Virus record (IMG/VR): IMGVR_UViG_3300008266_011815
From: an uncultured virus (IMG/VR IMGVR_UViG_3300008266_011815)
Taxonomy: Duplodnaviria; Heunggongvirae; Uroviricota; Caudoviricetes
DNA length: 64,000 nt
Direction: 5' to 3' (one strand)
The notes under the pieces were generated by a model. It searched no databases. It saw nothing but the letters and a program-made list of their open reading frames with translations, and was not told the origin of the DNA. Each line of letters begins with the position of its first letter. Positions within the stretch are counted from its first letter, which is position 1. A program made the position numbers and the translations under genes. Positions 1 to 10,224 of this stretch are shown one piece after another.

Positions 1-498
1 ATGTATGCTGCGGCAAACTTAACTGAAACACAGCCACATCGCAGTCACCGCACAGCAATCAAGCAGCTTTGGTTTGATCAATCAGATAAGCTAGAAGGTG
101 CTATCTTAAATCACAGTTTGTTATTTGAACGTAAAGGTTATAAAGATGAAGCACTAAGCCAACTCAAGATGTGGACCAAGTACTTTCCTCGAATATGGCA
201 GCTAATTAGTCTAAGACCTAAATGGGGATTAGATTTCAGCATGGACTATGTAGACTGCTACGGTAACTGTTTTGAATTACTACATTGGGAATATGATGGG
301 TTTGACTACGAAGAGATGTTGTGGATGAAACAGCATGTAGAACCCGTACTAGCCAGTATTGACTGGGAAGATGCGGCTGTAAATGTATTACGACGTAAAG
401 CAGAATGGCATCATTTAGATTTCTTTGCGCAGAGTGAGTGGAAGTGTAATTACTTTGGCATACCACGAGAACGTTTTAAAATGGTAGCATGGGAATAA
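1..498 (+). CDS. hypothetical phage protein (possibly 5'-partial)
   Basis: 165 aa ORF at the window edge; no recognisable motif. Confidence 0.6.
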   Translation: MYAAANLTETQPHRSHRTAIKQLWFDQSDKLEGAILNHSLLFERKGYKDEALSQLKMWTKYFPRIWQLISLRPKWGLDFSMDYVDCYGNCFELLHWEYDGFDYEEMLWMKQHVEPVLASIDWEDAAVNVLRRKAEWHHLDFFAQSEWKCNYFGIPRERFKMVAWE

Positions 499-667
499 AA
501 CATGTGGCTTTTACTCATTATAGTCTTAAGTTCAGAACCTCCTTATAGACATAAAGGAAGTGTTCAAAACTTTTACACTTCTGAAGCTGAATGTAAAATA
601 CTCAAGTAACAGGTAGTTGTAGTTTTAGAGATTACCTCACTCCAAATAAAACTTTTTAGTGATAAAG

Positions 668-693
668 AAAAAGGACTCCGAAGAGTCCTTTTT
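668..693. terminator. bidirectional rho-independent terminator
   Basis: AAAAAGGACTC-cgaa-GAGTCCTTTTT between convergent genes. Confidence 0.85.
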
Positions 694-709
694 GTTTGAT
701 TTAGGTTAA

Positions 710-979
710 TTACTTCTTTGCGCTTTGATTTACAAAGTTGTACATCTTTTCTGCGGCTTCTAACACTTTATCAATTCCTGGAAATTCTGGCATACCTACT
801 GTGGTAACGATCTGACCAGTCTTCTCGTCACGCTTGGCTGACATTTCCCAACCAGCAAACTTAGTTGAATGTTCTGATTGTATTAGATCCTTGGCCATGC
901 CAAGAATATCTGTACGGATTTCGTAGCCGTTCTTGTTGAATTTTACTTCTGGTAGTTTTGGTGTTTCAAATTGTGACAT
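710..979 (-). CDS. hypothetical phage protein
   Basis: 89 aa ORF with AGGAGA RBS. Confidence 0.8.
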   Translation of the reverse strand: MSQFETPKLPEVKFNKNGYEIRTDILGMAKDLIQSEHSTKFAGWEMSAKRDEKTGQIVTTVGMPEFPGIDKVLEAAEKMYNFVNQSAKK

Positions 980-1190
980 TATTTTCTCCTTGTGTGTATG
1001 TCTTATATGCTGTTACGCATACAGTATTATATATCTTATTTTAAAGACTTGCAATCTTTATTGGGGATTTTCGTGGGGTTATTCACCCACTCAACTTCGT
1101 CATCAGTCATAGGTTGCCAGGTCAAATTTCTAAGATATAGATCGGCCTGACGTTGCTTATATTCAGCGATAGCTTGAATTAGCTTGCAGA

Positions 1191-1346
1191 TCATGACCAG
1201 CCTCTCATTTGTCTGTAGGTATATTCTTGTACTATACGTTCAACATCTGCGGCGTTTTTAGGATTGCGTTCTTTGATATACTGATCTAGTTCGTTTTGAT
1301 ACGAACCAGTGAGACTTTGGATCATCTTTTTTAAAAGATCTAACAT
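1191..1346 (-). CDS. small protein, DUF3563-like
   Basis: Manual translation MLDLLKKMIQSLTGSYQNELDQYIKERNPKNAADVERIVQEYTYRQMRGWS; CAGGAG RBS; below the ORF-track cutoff. Confidence 0.6.
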   Translation of the reverse strand: MLDLLKKMIQSLTGSYQNELDQYIKERNPKNAADVERIVQEYTYRQMRGWS

Positions 1347-1421
1347 TTTTAACTCCTGTGTCAATGTGTAAAAGTATTTAGTAATATTAAAAAACGATTA
1401 AATATACAAAAGGGAATATCG

Positions 1422-1682
1422 ATGAGAAAGAGTACTAGGTCAATTTTACAGGGTTTAACTGAAGTAGGTGTAAATCGTAATACCGATGCTATAATTGAAA
1501 GTCGCGGTGCCAATCTTATTGACAGCGCCGTTAACCTATTAACTCTAATTAGAGAACAATATGACTTAGAAACTGCTGCTGAATTAGAGCGCAGATTTAT
1601 TAATGCTATACGTACTGCCGAACCCGCTAAATTTAAACGAGGAATCAAAAAGATTCAAGAAGGACGACAAAACAACAACTAA
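1422..1682 (+). CDS. hypothetical protein
   Basis: 86 aa ORF, RBS, TAAATA upstream. Confidence 0.75.
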   Translation: MRKSTRSILQGLTEVGVNRNTDAIIESRGANLIDSAVNLLTLIREQYDLETAAELERRFINAIRTAEPAKFKRGIKKIQEGRQNNN

Positions 1683-1763
1683 AAGCCGTTTTTTTGACTT
1701 CTGGATAAATAATATTACAATACTCACAGAGCGTGAGTAAAAGCATATTGAGGAGAAAATATT

Positions 1764-2180
1764 ATGCCAAGTATCTATACAAGTACCGTAGGTAGCACCA
1801 CAGTAGGTGCTAATACCCGTAAAGTTCCAGCAACCCCTATTAGCAATTTTGGTACACCAGTACTTAAAGCTATCAGTGTTTCTGTAGCTGACGCTAACCT
1901 AAGCACAACCCCAACAATCAGCAACAGCTTATTAAGCCAAGCTATCCGTGCTCTACAAGGTCAATTTGAGATCTATTATGTTGGTGGGTTTACAAACGCA
2001 AACCCAAGCGTTGGTTTAGTTATGGTTCATGACAACACCGGTAATGACGGTTCAGCTGCTAATCCAGCAGTAGCTGATGCTAGCTATGGCGCAGCTGAAG
2101 CTGCTATCGTAGCAACCGTAACTGGCGCAACTGCTTGCACAATGGCAACAGTTACTCCAACTGGTTTAACATTCTCTTAA
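1764..2180 (+). CDS. putative virion structural/decoration protein
   Basis: Thr/Ala/Ser-rich 138 aa; GAGGAGA RBS; ATAAATA upstream; followed by a terminator. Confidence 0.6.
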   Translation: MPSIYTSTVGSTTVGANTRKVPATPISNFGTPVLKAISVSVADANLSTTPTISNSLLSQAIRALQGQFEIYYVGGFTNANPSVGLVMVHDNTGNDGSAANPAVADASYGAAEAAIVATVTGATACTMATVTPTGLTFS

Positions 2181-2207
2181 TTTAGAGATTTCCTAGGGAT
2201 GGGAAGG

Positions 2208-2237
2208 GTAGGGCAGTTTTTACTGCCCTATTTTTTT
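2208..2237 (+). terminator. rho-independent terminator
   Basis: TAGGGCAGT-tttt-ACTGCCCTA plus T run. Confidence 0.85.
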
Positions 2238-2253
2238 GTCTGATAAGTACTAG

Positions 2254-2658
2254 ATGAAATATAGTCTGTATACATTAGTGGATATCAGTTATACTGGTCA
2301 ATATAGAAACGAACCAGATAAAAAATTACAAAGAAATCAACAACAGAATTTTGATACTGTTATACAAACCTTAGAATTAAGAAGTAATATCAGCTATGAC
2401 AAAAAGCCCGCAGTCTTAATTGAAAAAGCATCCGACTACGGATTCAATTCGACATCAGAACAAAAAATATGGAACTTTGAATGGGAAACAGAACAAGTAG
2501 ATGTGTACATCAAAGACGAAAACCACATAGGGCAACTAATTGAAGATTTTCAGTTTGTACCTTTTATCACAAATTTAGATGAAACTGCAATAATACAAAA
2601 ACCAATTTTTATAACACAGGGAACAGGACTGAATATTGTTTTTAAAATTAAACAATAA
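2254..2658 (+). CDS. hypothetical protein
   Basis: 134 aa ORF. Confidence 0.75.
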   Translation: MKYSLYTLVDISYTGQYRNEPDKKLQRNQQQNFDTVIQTLELRSNISYDKKPAVLIEKASDYGFNSTSEQKIWNFEWETEQVDVYIKDENHIGQLIEDFQFVPFITNLDETAIIQKPIFITQGTGLNIVFKIKQ

Positions 2659-2733
2659 ATATAAAATAAGGCACAATTTAGGCACTACTTTTTTTGGCTA
2701 AAAAAATAGCATTAAATTTAAGGAGATGCCCAA

Positions 2734-3117
2734 ATGGCACGAGTGGCAAAAATAGCTTCAGTACCCACACAGGAACGTGTAAGTGTACTAGAAACTAAAG
2801 TAGAAGCAATTGACGAAAAGTTAGATGATTTAAAAGTCGATGTAAAAGACATGCATGACTGTCTAGATCGTACTAGAGATCAAGTCAATGAAAAGTTAGA
2901 CACTATGTTAGACGAGTACAGAACAACTAGAGACAAGTTTTATGCTCATGCCGACGAGTTACACAAGCAACAAACAGCACAACATCATGAATTAGCTGAT
3001 AAGATATCTGATTTAGAAAAGTTTAGAGCCAAGTGGACTTATATGGGTCTAGGCGGTGTAGCAGTAATAGGTTGGTTATCAGCATATTGGGATACCTTAC
3101 TTAAAATATTAGAATAA
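2734..3117 (+). CDS. coiled-coil protein with C-terminal transmembrane helix
   Basis: Heptad-like N-terminus, hydrophobic C-terminus; AAGGAG RBS. Confidence 0.7.
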   Translation: MARVAKIASVPTQERVSVLETKVEAIDEKLDDLKVDVKDMHDCLDRTRDQVNEKLDTMLDEYRTTRDKFYAHADELHKQQTAQHHELADKISDLEKFRAKWTYMGLGGVAVIGWLSAYWDTLLKILE

Positions 3118-3123
3118 TGAACG

Positions 3124-4371
3124 ATGTATTTGAGAGAATTTACACAAGAAGGAATTTTAGACAGTGCAGTTATCTTTCATGATGAACTAAATCCTGCCCT
3201 TTGGAAAAATAATAGTCTTAAATCACAGATACGTTATAAATTATTAGCTATAGCTAAACACTTTATCAACTTTATTGATATTCCAGAAATAAATTTAAAA
3301 GATATCACAATCAGCGGATCAAATGCTGCCTACACATATACTCCCTACAGCGATCTAGATCTACATCTAATTGTAAACATTCCAGCAGATCAAGAACTAC
3401 AGCTCAAATCTTTATTTGATGCTAAAAAGAATCACTATAACTTTAAACATAATATAAAAATAAAAGGTATAGATGTAGAACTATATGTACAAGACGATCA
3501 ACAACCCCACCACAGTGCTGGAATTTACAGTGTACTAGATAATCGCTGGATCAATGAACCCAAGGCAGAGCGTGTAAATATTAACGATGATGACGTAGAA
3601 AATAAGGTAAATAGCTATATTGATAAAATTCAGCAGGCCTTAAAATCAAAAGATATTGAAGTTGCAGAAATTGTCAAAGATGAGATAGCAAAGATTAGAA
3701 AAGCTGGTCTAGCTAGAGAAGGCGAATTTAGTGTAGAGAACTTAACTTTTAAAGTTTTAAGATCTAGAGGTTTAATTGAAAAACTTCGTAAACACATAAT
3801 AGATTTAGAAAGCCAAGGACTAGGATTAGCGGAACATAAAAAAGGTTTTAGAGCTAGAAAATACGCAAAAAAAACTCAAGCACTAAATGGTACAAAGAAA
3901 AAGTCAGATACACTTATTGGACCTGCAGTGCCTAAAAAGGTAGACGATATGAAAATTGAAGATTTATTAGGCGAAGGATTACGCGACCCGAAAGACAATC
4001 CTTGTTGGAAGGGTTACAAGCCTGTGGGTACAAAGAAAAAAGGCGGCCGCACAGTTCCTAACTGTGTACCAAAAGAAAGTACTGAGCCTACAGTAGAAGA
4101 AATTATGGCCGGAAAACTATCAGCACTTCAACCCGGAGTTGCTGCTGAGATTGATCACGGTAATGGAACAAAAACCCAACTTGATTTAAAAAAGAATCCT
4201 TCTGCGTTAACTAAAGATGCTTCAGGTAAGCTAGTGTTAAATACTAAGTCCAAGGGAGCATTAGGGTCAGGAGGACAACAAACTTCTAATGATCCAGATG
4301 CTCCTAAGGTAGGCGACGATGTTGAAATAGCTGCCCAGGAAGACATTTTAAGATTAGCTGGATTAAGATAA
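3124..4371 (+). CDS. Pol-beta-superfamily nucleotidyltransferase-domain protein
   Basis: ISGSNAAYTYTPYSDLDLHL (GS...DxD) plus DVELYVQ; PCWKGY...VPNCVP module; ends RLAGLR. Confidence 0.65.
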   Translation: MYLREFTQEGILDSAVIFHDELNPALWKNNSLKSQIRYKLLAIAKHFINFIDIPEINLKDITISGSNAAYTYTPYSDLDLHLIVNIPADQELQLKSLFDAKKNHYNFKHNIKIKGIDVELYVQDDQQPHHSAGIYSVLDNRWINEPKAERVNINDDDVENKVNSYIDKIQQALKSKDIEVAEIVKDEIAKIRKAGLAREGEFSVENLTFKVLRSRGLIEKLRKHIIDLESQGLGLAEHKKGFRARKYAKKTQALNGTKKKSDTLIGPAVPKKVDDMKIEDLLGEGLRDPKDNPCWKGYKPVGTKKKGGRTVPNCVPKESTEPTVEEIMAGKLSALQPGVAAEIDHGNGTKTQLDLKKNPSALTKDASGKLVLNTKSKGALGSGGQQTSNDPDAPKVGDDVEIAAQEDILRLAGLR

Positions 4372-4380
4372 GGAAAAATT

Positions 4381-5871
4381 ATGAAAATTAACGATATTGT
4401 ATTAAGTGAAGCTCCAAAAACTGCTCAAGCAGCAGCAGCGCAAGCAGATATCGCTAGGCAAGATGCGGCAGCGGATGCAGAGTCAGACAGGTTAGCTGCG
4501 GATTTCAATAAAAGACAAGCGACTATGAATAAATTACCCGGAGCAACAGGTTTAACGGGTGCAACAAATACAGGAACTCCAGCTGCTGGTGTTCCTAAAC
4601 CGGTTCCATCAACATCAGCGCCCAAAACAATGAATGCTCAACAGTTAAAAGCAGCACAAGATGCGGCTGCAGGTAGACCGCGGGCACCAGCAGCAGCAAC
4701 TAAGGCACCAGCAGCACCAGCAGCAGCAACTAAGGCACCAGCAGCACCGGCAGCAGCAACTAAGGCACCAGCAGCACCGGCAAAGACAGCAACAAAAAAA
4801 TCAGGTCAAGGCACTCAGAATAGAGCTCCTGGAAGTGTTGCCCCACAACCTACATTAGGTGGCAAACCATCTACTGGTCCTAAAGGACAGGCATGGTTAC
4901 AGAAATACGGAGCAACACACAATCCAGATGGTACTCCTAAAGCCGCAGCACAACAAGCTGATCCATCGATAGATCCATATGATCCAAATAAAGATCCTAA
5001 CGTGCAAATGGCACAACCGTCAGCTGGAGCTTCTGCTGAGCTTGATAGAATGAAACAATTAGCCATAGGTGGAAATCAACCCCCAGTGGCAGCAGCACCA
5101 GCACCAGCACCAGCACCAGCACCAGCACCAGCACCAGCACCCGAAAATCCATCAACTGGTAATGCTGCATCTGCTATGGCTTCAAGATCGAGCACATCTA
5201 CTACACCAGAGCCTAAAACTAACGCATTAGGAGTAACAGCACAAGCAGCAGGCGGCGGCTATGGTAACTTTACTGGAGGCTCACAACAGGGACAGGCTGT
5301 AGCAGCAGGAGACAACCCTAATACACAAACAGGACAAGCAACTCAACCAGCTAAAGATCCAACAGTAGCACCGGCAGTTAAAACAGGCACAGGCGGAAAT
5401 GTAACTAGCAGTTCAGATGACGAACTAGCATGGGTAGCTAAAAACGGTGGTTCTTTCGCTAACAGAGGCATGTATCCTGGACCCGGTAATTGGGATCCAA
5501 AAACCGGAGCGACTACTAGGGCAGCAGATAAAGCCCTAGCAGCTTCTGGAGCGAATCCTTGGGAAGGCAAAGACCCGGCTAAGGCAGCAGCATGGGCAGC
5601 GTTATCACCAGAAGATCAAAAATGGATTGGTAAAGGAGATCCAACTGACAAATTTATTCTTGCAAGGGCTCCAAGTAAAGGAGGATTTTTAGGCAGTATT
5701 ACTCCTAACTTCATGAAGAAAGATAAAGGTCAACCAGCAGCTCCTAACCCTCAGCAGGGTCAAGGCACACAACCTACAACAGTTACTGGACCAAATCCAC
5801 CAGCTGGTGGCTACGGAAGATTCCAAGAATCTGAATTATCTGCTATTAAGAGATTATCTGGGTTAAAATGA
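4381..5871 (+). CDS. Ala/Pro-rich low-complexity protein, probable virion internal protein
   Basis: 496 aa with tandem repeats; starts MKINDIVLSE, ends IKRLSGLK. Confidence 0.7.
   Translation: MKINDIVLSEAPKTAQAAAAQADIARQDAAADAESDRLAADFNKRQATMNKLPGATGLTGATNTGTPAAGVPKPVPSTSAPKTMNAQQLKAAQDAAAGRPRAPAAATKAPAAPAAATKAPAAPAAATKAPAAPAKTATKKSGQGTQNRAPGSVAPQPTLGGKPSTGPKGQAWLQKYGATHNPDGTPKAAAQQADPSIDPYDPNKDPNVQMAQPSAGASAELDRMKQLAIGGNQPPVAAAPAPAPAPAPAPAPAPENPSTGNAASAMASRSSTSTTPEPKTNALGVTAQAAGGGYGNFTGGSQQGQAVAAGDNPNTQTGQATQPAKDPTVAPAVKTGTGGNVTSSSDDELAWVAKNGGSFANRGMYPGPGNWDPKTGATTRAADKALAASGANPWEGKDPAKAAAWAALSPEDQKWIGKGDPTDKFILARAPSKGGFLGSITPNFMKKDKGQPAAPNPQQGQGTQPTTVTGPNPPAGGYGRFQESELSAIKRLSGLK
4684..4782 (+). 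repeat. 30-bp coding tandem repeat, ~3.3 copies (APAAATKAPA)
   Basis: gcaccagcagcagcaactaaggcaccagca units. Confidence 0.9.
5095..5142 (+). repeat. (GCACCA)x8 coding repeat, (AP)8
   Basis: Directly visible; last unit GCACCC. Confidence 0.9.
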
Positions 5872-6074
5872 AAATTAATGAGCTAATTAAGAATTTTGAA
5901 ATATACGTTACTAACGAGGAAAAAGAGATTCTTAAAAAGTTAGATTCAGCTAGATCTTTTTTAAGCTTTTCGGAAAGGGAAAGATTCATTATTGAGGGGT
6001 TGATTCGTAAAAGTTTGGTAATTAAAGTAGGACACGACAATCCTTATATAATCGCTAATGAAAAAGAAGAATAA
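5868..6074 (+). CDS. hypothetical protein
   Basis: 68 aa, overlaps both neighbours. Confidence 0.7.
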   Translation: MKINELIKNFEIYVTNEEKEILKKLDSARSFLSFSERERFIIEGLIRKSLVIKVGHDNPYIIANEKEE

Positions 6075-6501
6075 AAAACAATTTGAAGAATTTGAAACTT
6101 TTATAAAAGAAGTTTTTGAAAAAAAGCTACCCATAACTGTTTTTAATGATGGAAGCATACAATACAAAGACTTTGCTATTGTACAAGATAAAAATAAAAA
6201 TTGGGCTCTTTATAGCTTGAAAAATACCAGTGATGTAATTGATACGTTTTACCTCAAAGCAACAGCCTTGCTAGCAGCTAAAACGTATCAAAGTTTTAAT
6301 TTTAAAAAATACTTACAGATAAAAGAATTAGACCATAAATACAATCAAAATGCAACTGATACAATTTACTTTAATCATTATAGAAAAATAACTAATGATC
6401 TAGTAAAAAGAGATGTGTTTACATGGAGATATGAACTAAGTCTGGGCCGAGCTAAACGCTACAAAACAGAAATAGCATCTCTATTTAAAACCAATTTCTG
6501 A
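6058..6501 (+). CDS. hypothetical protein
   Basis: 147 aa ORF. Confidence 0.7.
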   Translation: MKKKNKKQFEEFETFIKEVFEKKLPITVFNDGSIQYKDFAIVQDKNKNWALYSLKNTSDVIDTFYLKATALLAAKTYQSFNFKKYLQIKELDHKYNQNATDTIYFNHYRKITNDLVKRDVFTWRYELSLGRAKRYKTEIASLFKTNF

Positions 6502-6535
6502 CATAAATAATAAAAACAATTTAGGAACAATTGAC

Positions 6536-7447
6536 ATGCAAATTACAGAATTTTCCAAACCAGTTAGTAGCAAAAAGCTAAATGAAAATTTAGCTAAAAC
6601 TTTTGGATATAGCTTAAAACTTGAGGATTTAACAGTTGAGGATTTATACCAAGCTGCTGCTAAATTAAAAAACAAGATCTATAACTACGAAATGACTGAA
6701 AGTTATGACTCTGTCGTAGAGAATCATGATTATCAAAAAACTCGTGCATTTTTAGATGTTATCAGTCAAGCTATTACTGAAAGAACACTTTCCCCTGAAG
6801 AAAAGTCTAAAAAAGAAAAATACTTTAAAGGTATGAAAAAAGTTAAGGGCGACTTTTCTAAACGCTACGGCGAAAGAGGAGACGAAGTGATGCATGCCAC
6901 TGCTACTAAGATGGCAAAGAAAGAATCAGTAGAAGAAGCAATGGATCTTCTTAAAACAGTTCTCAGTGAAAAAATTCTTAGAGAAAGTGAAGAAGACAAG
7001 GCTAGTATTATCATGTCAGGAAAAGACATGGTTGATCGCATTACTGGTTGGATCGAAGACGTTGCATCTATGCAATCTGAATCATTATTGCAACTACTTG
7101 ACAGTATCAAGCAAAATATGGGATCAGATGTTAGTACTAGATTTAGCGAAATTGTAAAACCGGCCTTATCAGAATTACAAGCATCTTTAGAAACACAGCG
7201 TCAAGCATTAAGCTCAGGAATGGGATTGTTAACAGGCGAAGAACCACCTGGACCATCAATGGGTAATGAAGTTCCTACATCTGGTGCTACCGAGGAACCA
7301 GCAATGGGACCAGAAGAGCCAGCAACTGATGAATTTGCAGCTAGCGCACCAGCAGCAGGCGGAACTGAAGTTGCAGGTCGTGCCAAAAGAGAAAGCATTG
7401 AATACAGCCGAAGAATCGGACAAATTCTTTCTTCAAAAAAAAAATAA
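6536..7447 (+). CDS. putative head core/scaffold-like protein
   Basis: Acidic helical 303 aa; ATAAATA upstream; ends in an A10 run. Confidence 0.55.
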   Translation: MQITEFSKPVSSKKLNENLAKTFGYSLKLEDLTVEDLYQAAAKLKNKIYNYEMTESYDSVVENHDYQKTRAFLDVISQAITERTLSPEEKSKKEKYFKGMKKVKGDFSKRYGERGDEVMHATATKMAKKESVEEAMDLLKTVLSEKILRESEEDKASIIMSGKDMVDRITGWIEDVASMQSESLLQLLDSIKQNMGSDVSTRFSEIVKPALSELQASLETQRQALSSGMGLLTGEEPPGPSMGNEVPTSGATEEPAMGPEEPATDEFAASAPAAGGTEVAGRAKRESIEYSRRIGQILSSKKK

Positions 7448-7761
7448 ATGAGGATGCGGAAGATCTTTTCCGCATTCTTAATACCTTCCAAAACAGTGCA
7501 GATTCAAAAAGACAAACCTCTGTCCATACTTGGTTAGATATCAGTAATAGTCTCGACGATGGCACTGCTCTTGATTACAATTCTTTTGATAAAATTTATA
7601 ATTCTGATCCAAGAATAAAAAATTTAGTCCAAAAGTATGACGCAAATGGCGTAGTCCTCAAAACTAAAGCCAAGGCCAACGATCAAGTTACTCTTAATAA
7701 AAAAACCAGTAATTTAGATAGTATGGCTAAACGTGCTGCTGCAAAAGAATTAAAGACTTGA
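7444..7761 (+). CDS. start-less ORF in the -1 frame; probable frameshift extension of 6536..7447
   Basis: Frame open 7402-7761 (INEDAEDLFRILNTFQ...MAKRAAAKELKT) with no ATG/GTG/TTG near its 5' end. Confidence 0.6.
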   Translation: MNEDAEDLFRILNTFQNSADSKRQTSVHTWLDISNSLDDGTALDYNSFDKIYNSDPRIKNLVQKYDANGVVLKTKAKANDQVTLNKKTSNLDSMAKRAAAKELKT

Positions 7762-7792
7762 CATTTCATTTACAAAGATGTAATAATAGAGT

Positions 7793-8512
7793 ATGACTCT
7801 ATTAAAACACAAATTTGTATACGAAAAAATATCTAGACAAGAAATAAACGGACGCCGGCTATATGCAACACCAGCCGGCGACAGTGTTCCTAGCGTAACC
7901 ACAATATTGGATCGTACCAAACCAGCCGAAGCAAAAGAAGCTCTTGCCAACTGGAAAAAAGCAGTTGGGGAGAAACGAGCTCAAGAAATAACTACTGAAG
8001 CTGCCGGACGTGGGACACGTATGCATAAGTTTTTAGAAGACTACATCAAAGGTGAACAACTTAGAGAAAGTCTTACTAATCCATATGCACAACAAAGTCT
8101 ACTTATGGCTCAAAAAGTTATAGAAGTAGGTTTTCCTAAAGTAGATGAAGTATGGGGTAGTGAAGTACCTTTATATTTCCCCTCATTATATGCTGGTACC
8201 ACAGACTGCGTAGGACTTCACGAAGGTGAAGAAAGTATATTAGATTTTAAACAAACTAATAAGCCTAAAAAATTAGAGTGGATTGGTGACTATTTCTTGC
8301 AGCTTACTGCATATGCACTAGCTCACAACGAAGTACACGGGACTAATATACGCAAGGGTGTAATTATGATGTGTGTACGTCCTCCTGAAATAGAGCCAGG
8401 AAAGTGGGGAGAACCAGAATATCAGCAGTTTATTTTAGAACCAAAAGACTTTGATATGTGGACAAATCGCTGGTGCGATAGAGTGAGTCAGTATTACAAA
8501 ATAGACGGATAA
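7793..8512 (+). CDS. PD-(D/E)XK exonuclease
   Basis: PSVTTIL, RGTRMH, YAGTTD, ILDFKQ, QLTAY motifs; TTGACA at 7758. Confidence 0.85.
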   Translation: MTLLKHKFVYEKISRQEINGRRLYATPAGDSVPSVTTILDRTKPAEAKEALANWKKAVGEKRAQEITTEAAGRGTRMHKFLEDYIKGEQLRESLTNPYAQQSLLMAQKVIEVGFPKVDEVWGSEVPLYFPSLYAGTTDCVGLHEGEESILDFKQTNKPKKLEWIGDYFLQLTAYALAHNEVHGTNIRKGVIMMCVRPPEIEPGKWGEPEYQQFILEPKDFDMWTNRWCDRVSQYYKIDG

Positions 8513-8536
8513 ATACTGTCTACTGGAGTTAAGAAT

Positions 8537-10156
8537 ATGGCCGTTGTTCAAATTAGCAAAATACAAAATCGTAGAGGTATAAGAGAAGATCTACCCCAAC
8601 TTTCGGGTGGTGAAATTGCATGGGCGATAGATACCCAAGAGTTGTTTATCGGTAACGGCTCAGTTGCAGAAGGGTCTCCGTATGTGGGGAACACTAAAAT
8701 ATTGACCGAACACGATAATATACTTGATCTGTCTGATCAATATGAATACAGAAAAATGGATAGCACTATACAAACTAGTGACGACATCAACTATCCGATT
8801 CAAACTACTTTACAAAGTAGATTAGATCAACACATTACAGTAGCTAGTTTTGCAGTTATTAATGGTACTGTCTGTGGAGATAATCTGCAAAGAGCCATTG
8901 ATCAACTTTTCTTAAATATTTCTACAAGAGATACTACTACCAATAGATACATTTTAGAAGTTGGGCCAGGTACATACGACATCGATAGAACAATTTATAT
9001 TCCAAGTTATTGCAATCTAGTAGGTGCTGGTACTGATAAAGTTATTTTTAACTTTGTAGGTGAAGGATACGACGCTGCATTTAGATGTGTAAACGATAAT
9101 AGTGATCAAGGAGATCCTGCACCTATTGCTAGTGCAACACTGGGAACACAGCCTAAAAGAATTACTCTTAAAGGGTTTAGTATTAAATTAAACGATGCAT
9201 CTACTAGCGGTATTATTTTAGATGCTGCCAAAGAATCATATTTTGAAGATATCAAAATTGAAGGAGATTGGACTCCTACAGTACAAGATGAAACAGCAAT
9301 ATCAAGAGGTATATCTCTTAATGCCTTAAGTGCGTTAGTTACCAGTAGAAATAATACATTTAATAATATCACAATCAGTGGTGTAGATTGCGGAATCCAT
9401 TCAGACAACGATATTCGGTTCAATATCATTGAAAACTGTAATATCACTGACAGCAGAGTTGCTGTCTCCTTTGGTGCTAACACCGACGGTATTAGTACAG
9501 GGGAAATTTACGGACCTAGATCTAATATTATTTCTAGATGCTTTTTTGAAAGAATATATCAAGAAGGTGTATTAGTACAAAAGGGAACCAATAATCTTGT
9601 TAGCCATTGCTTCTTTAATAATGTAGGTAATGATCTTGGTAATAGCAGTGTTCCTATCTATAACCAAATTAGATTTGACATTATTGGTAATAATAGTAAT
9701 GATTGTATTTTTGACAGGTCGACTATTTTATCTGATTCTGGTTCAACTGAACCGTATATTGCAGAAGTTGCTGGTATCTCTGAGTACAAAATTAGTCAAA
9801 CACAAAAAGTTATCTTAACACAAACACCGATATTTACAGATTTATTTAGATTGCCCGCTTATGACTTAGCTGGTTACGAAATATCTTATATCTACAGAAG
9901 TTCGAACTCAGTACTAATGAGAAAAGGTACAATTAAGATTGCACTAGATGCTGCTCGTAATAATCTAGTATTAAGTGATGATTATGATTTTACAGGTGCG
10001 TCCGGCGGCGATTTGGATTTAACTTTTTCTGCACAGTTAGTTGATACTGACGGTGCTTCAAGTTATGATACTATTATTATCAAGTACAAAAATTTAACTT
10101 ACAATGATTCGGGAGAATTATATTATTCATTTGCAGCAATTTATAAAAATATTTAA
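8537..10156 (+). CDS. tail fibre/spike with pectin-lyase-like beta-helix
   Basis: N-terminal IQNRRG..LPQL..GE..ELFIGNG tail-attachment motif; GPGTYDIDRTIYIPS..LVGAG and Asn-rich beta-helix rungs. Confidence 0.7.
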   Translation: MAVVQISKIQNRRGIREDLPQLSGGEIAWAIDTQELFIGNGSVAEGSPYVGNTKILTEHDNILDLSDQYEYRKMDSTIQTSDDINYPIQTTLQSRLDQHITVASFAVINGTVCGDNLQRAIDQLFLNISTRDTTTNRYILEVGPGTYDIDRTIYIPSYCNLVGAGTDKVIFNFVGEGYDAAFRCVNDNSDQGDPAPIASATLGTQPKRITLKGFSIKLNDASTSGIILDAAKESYFEDIKIEGDWTPTVQDETAISRGISLNALSALVTSRNNTFNNITISGVDCGIHSDNDIRFNIIENCNITDSRVAVSFGANTDGISTGEIYGPRSNIISRCFFERIYQEGVLVQKGTNNLVSHCFFNNVGNDLGNSSVPIYNQIRFDIIGNNSNDCIFDRSTILSDSGSTEPYIAEVAGISEYKISQTQKVILTQTPIFTDLFRLPAYDLAGYEISYIYRSSNSVLMRKGTIKIALDAARNNLVLSDDYDFTGASGGDLDLTFSAQLVDTDGASSYDTIIIKYKNLTYNDSGELYYSFAAIYKNI

Positions 10157-10224
10157 AATTAATAACAGAAGTTTTATTCTCGTTTTTGGCATCAATAAAT
10201 AAGTTTCTTAAAAAATAAAAAGCA

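Noticed and set aside
4425..5570. Antisense and alternate-frame ORFs within the Ala/Pro-rich gene
   Set aside because: Shadows of GCA/CCA-rich repeats with no RBS.
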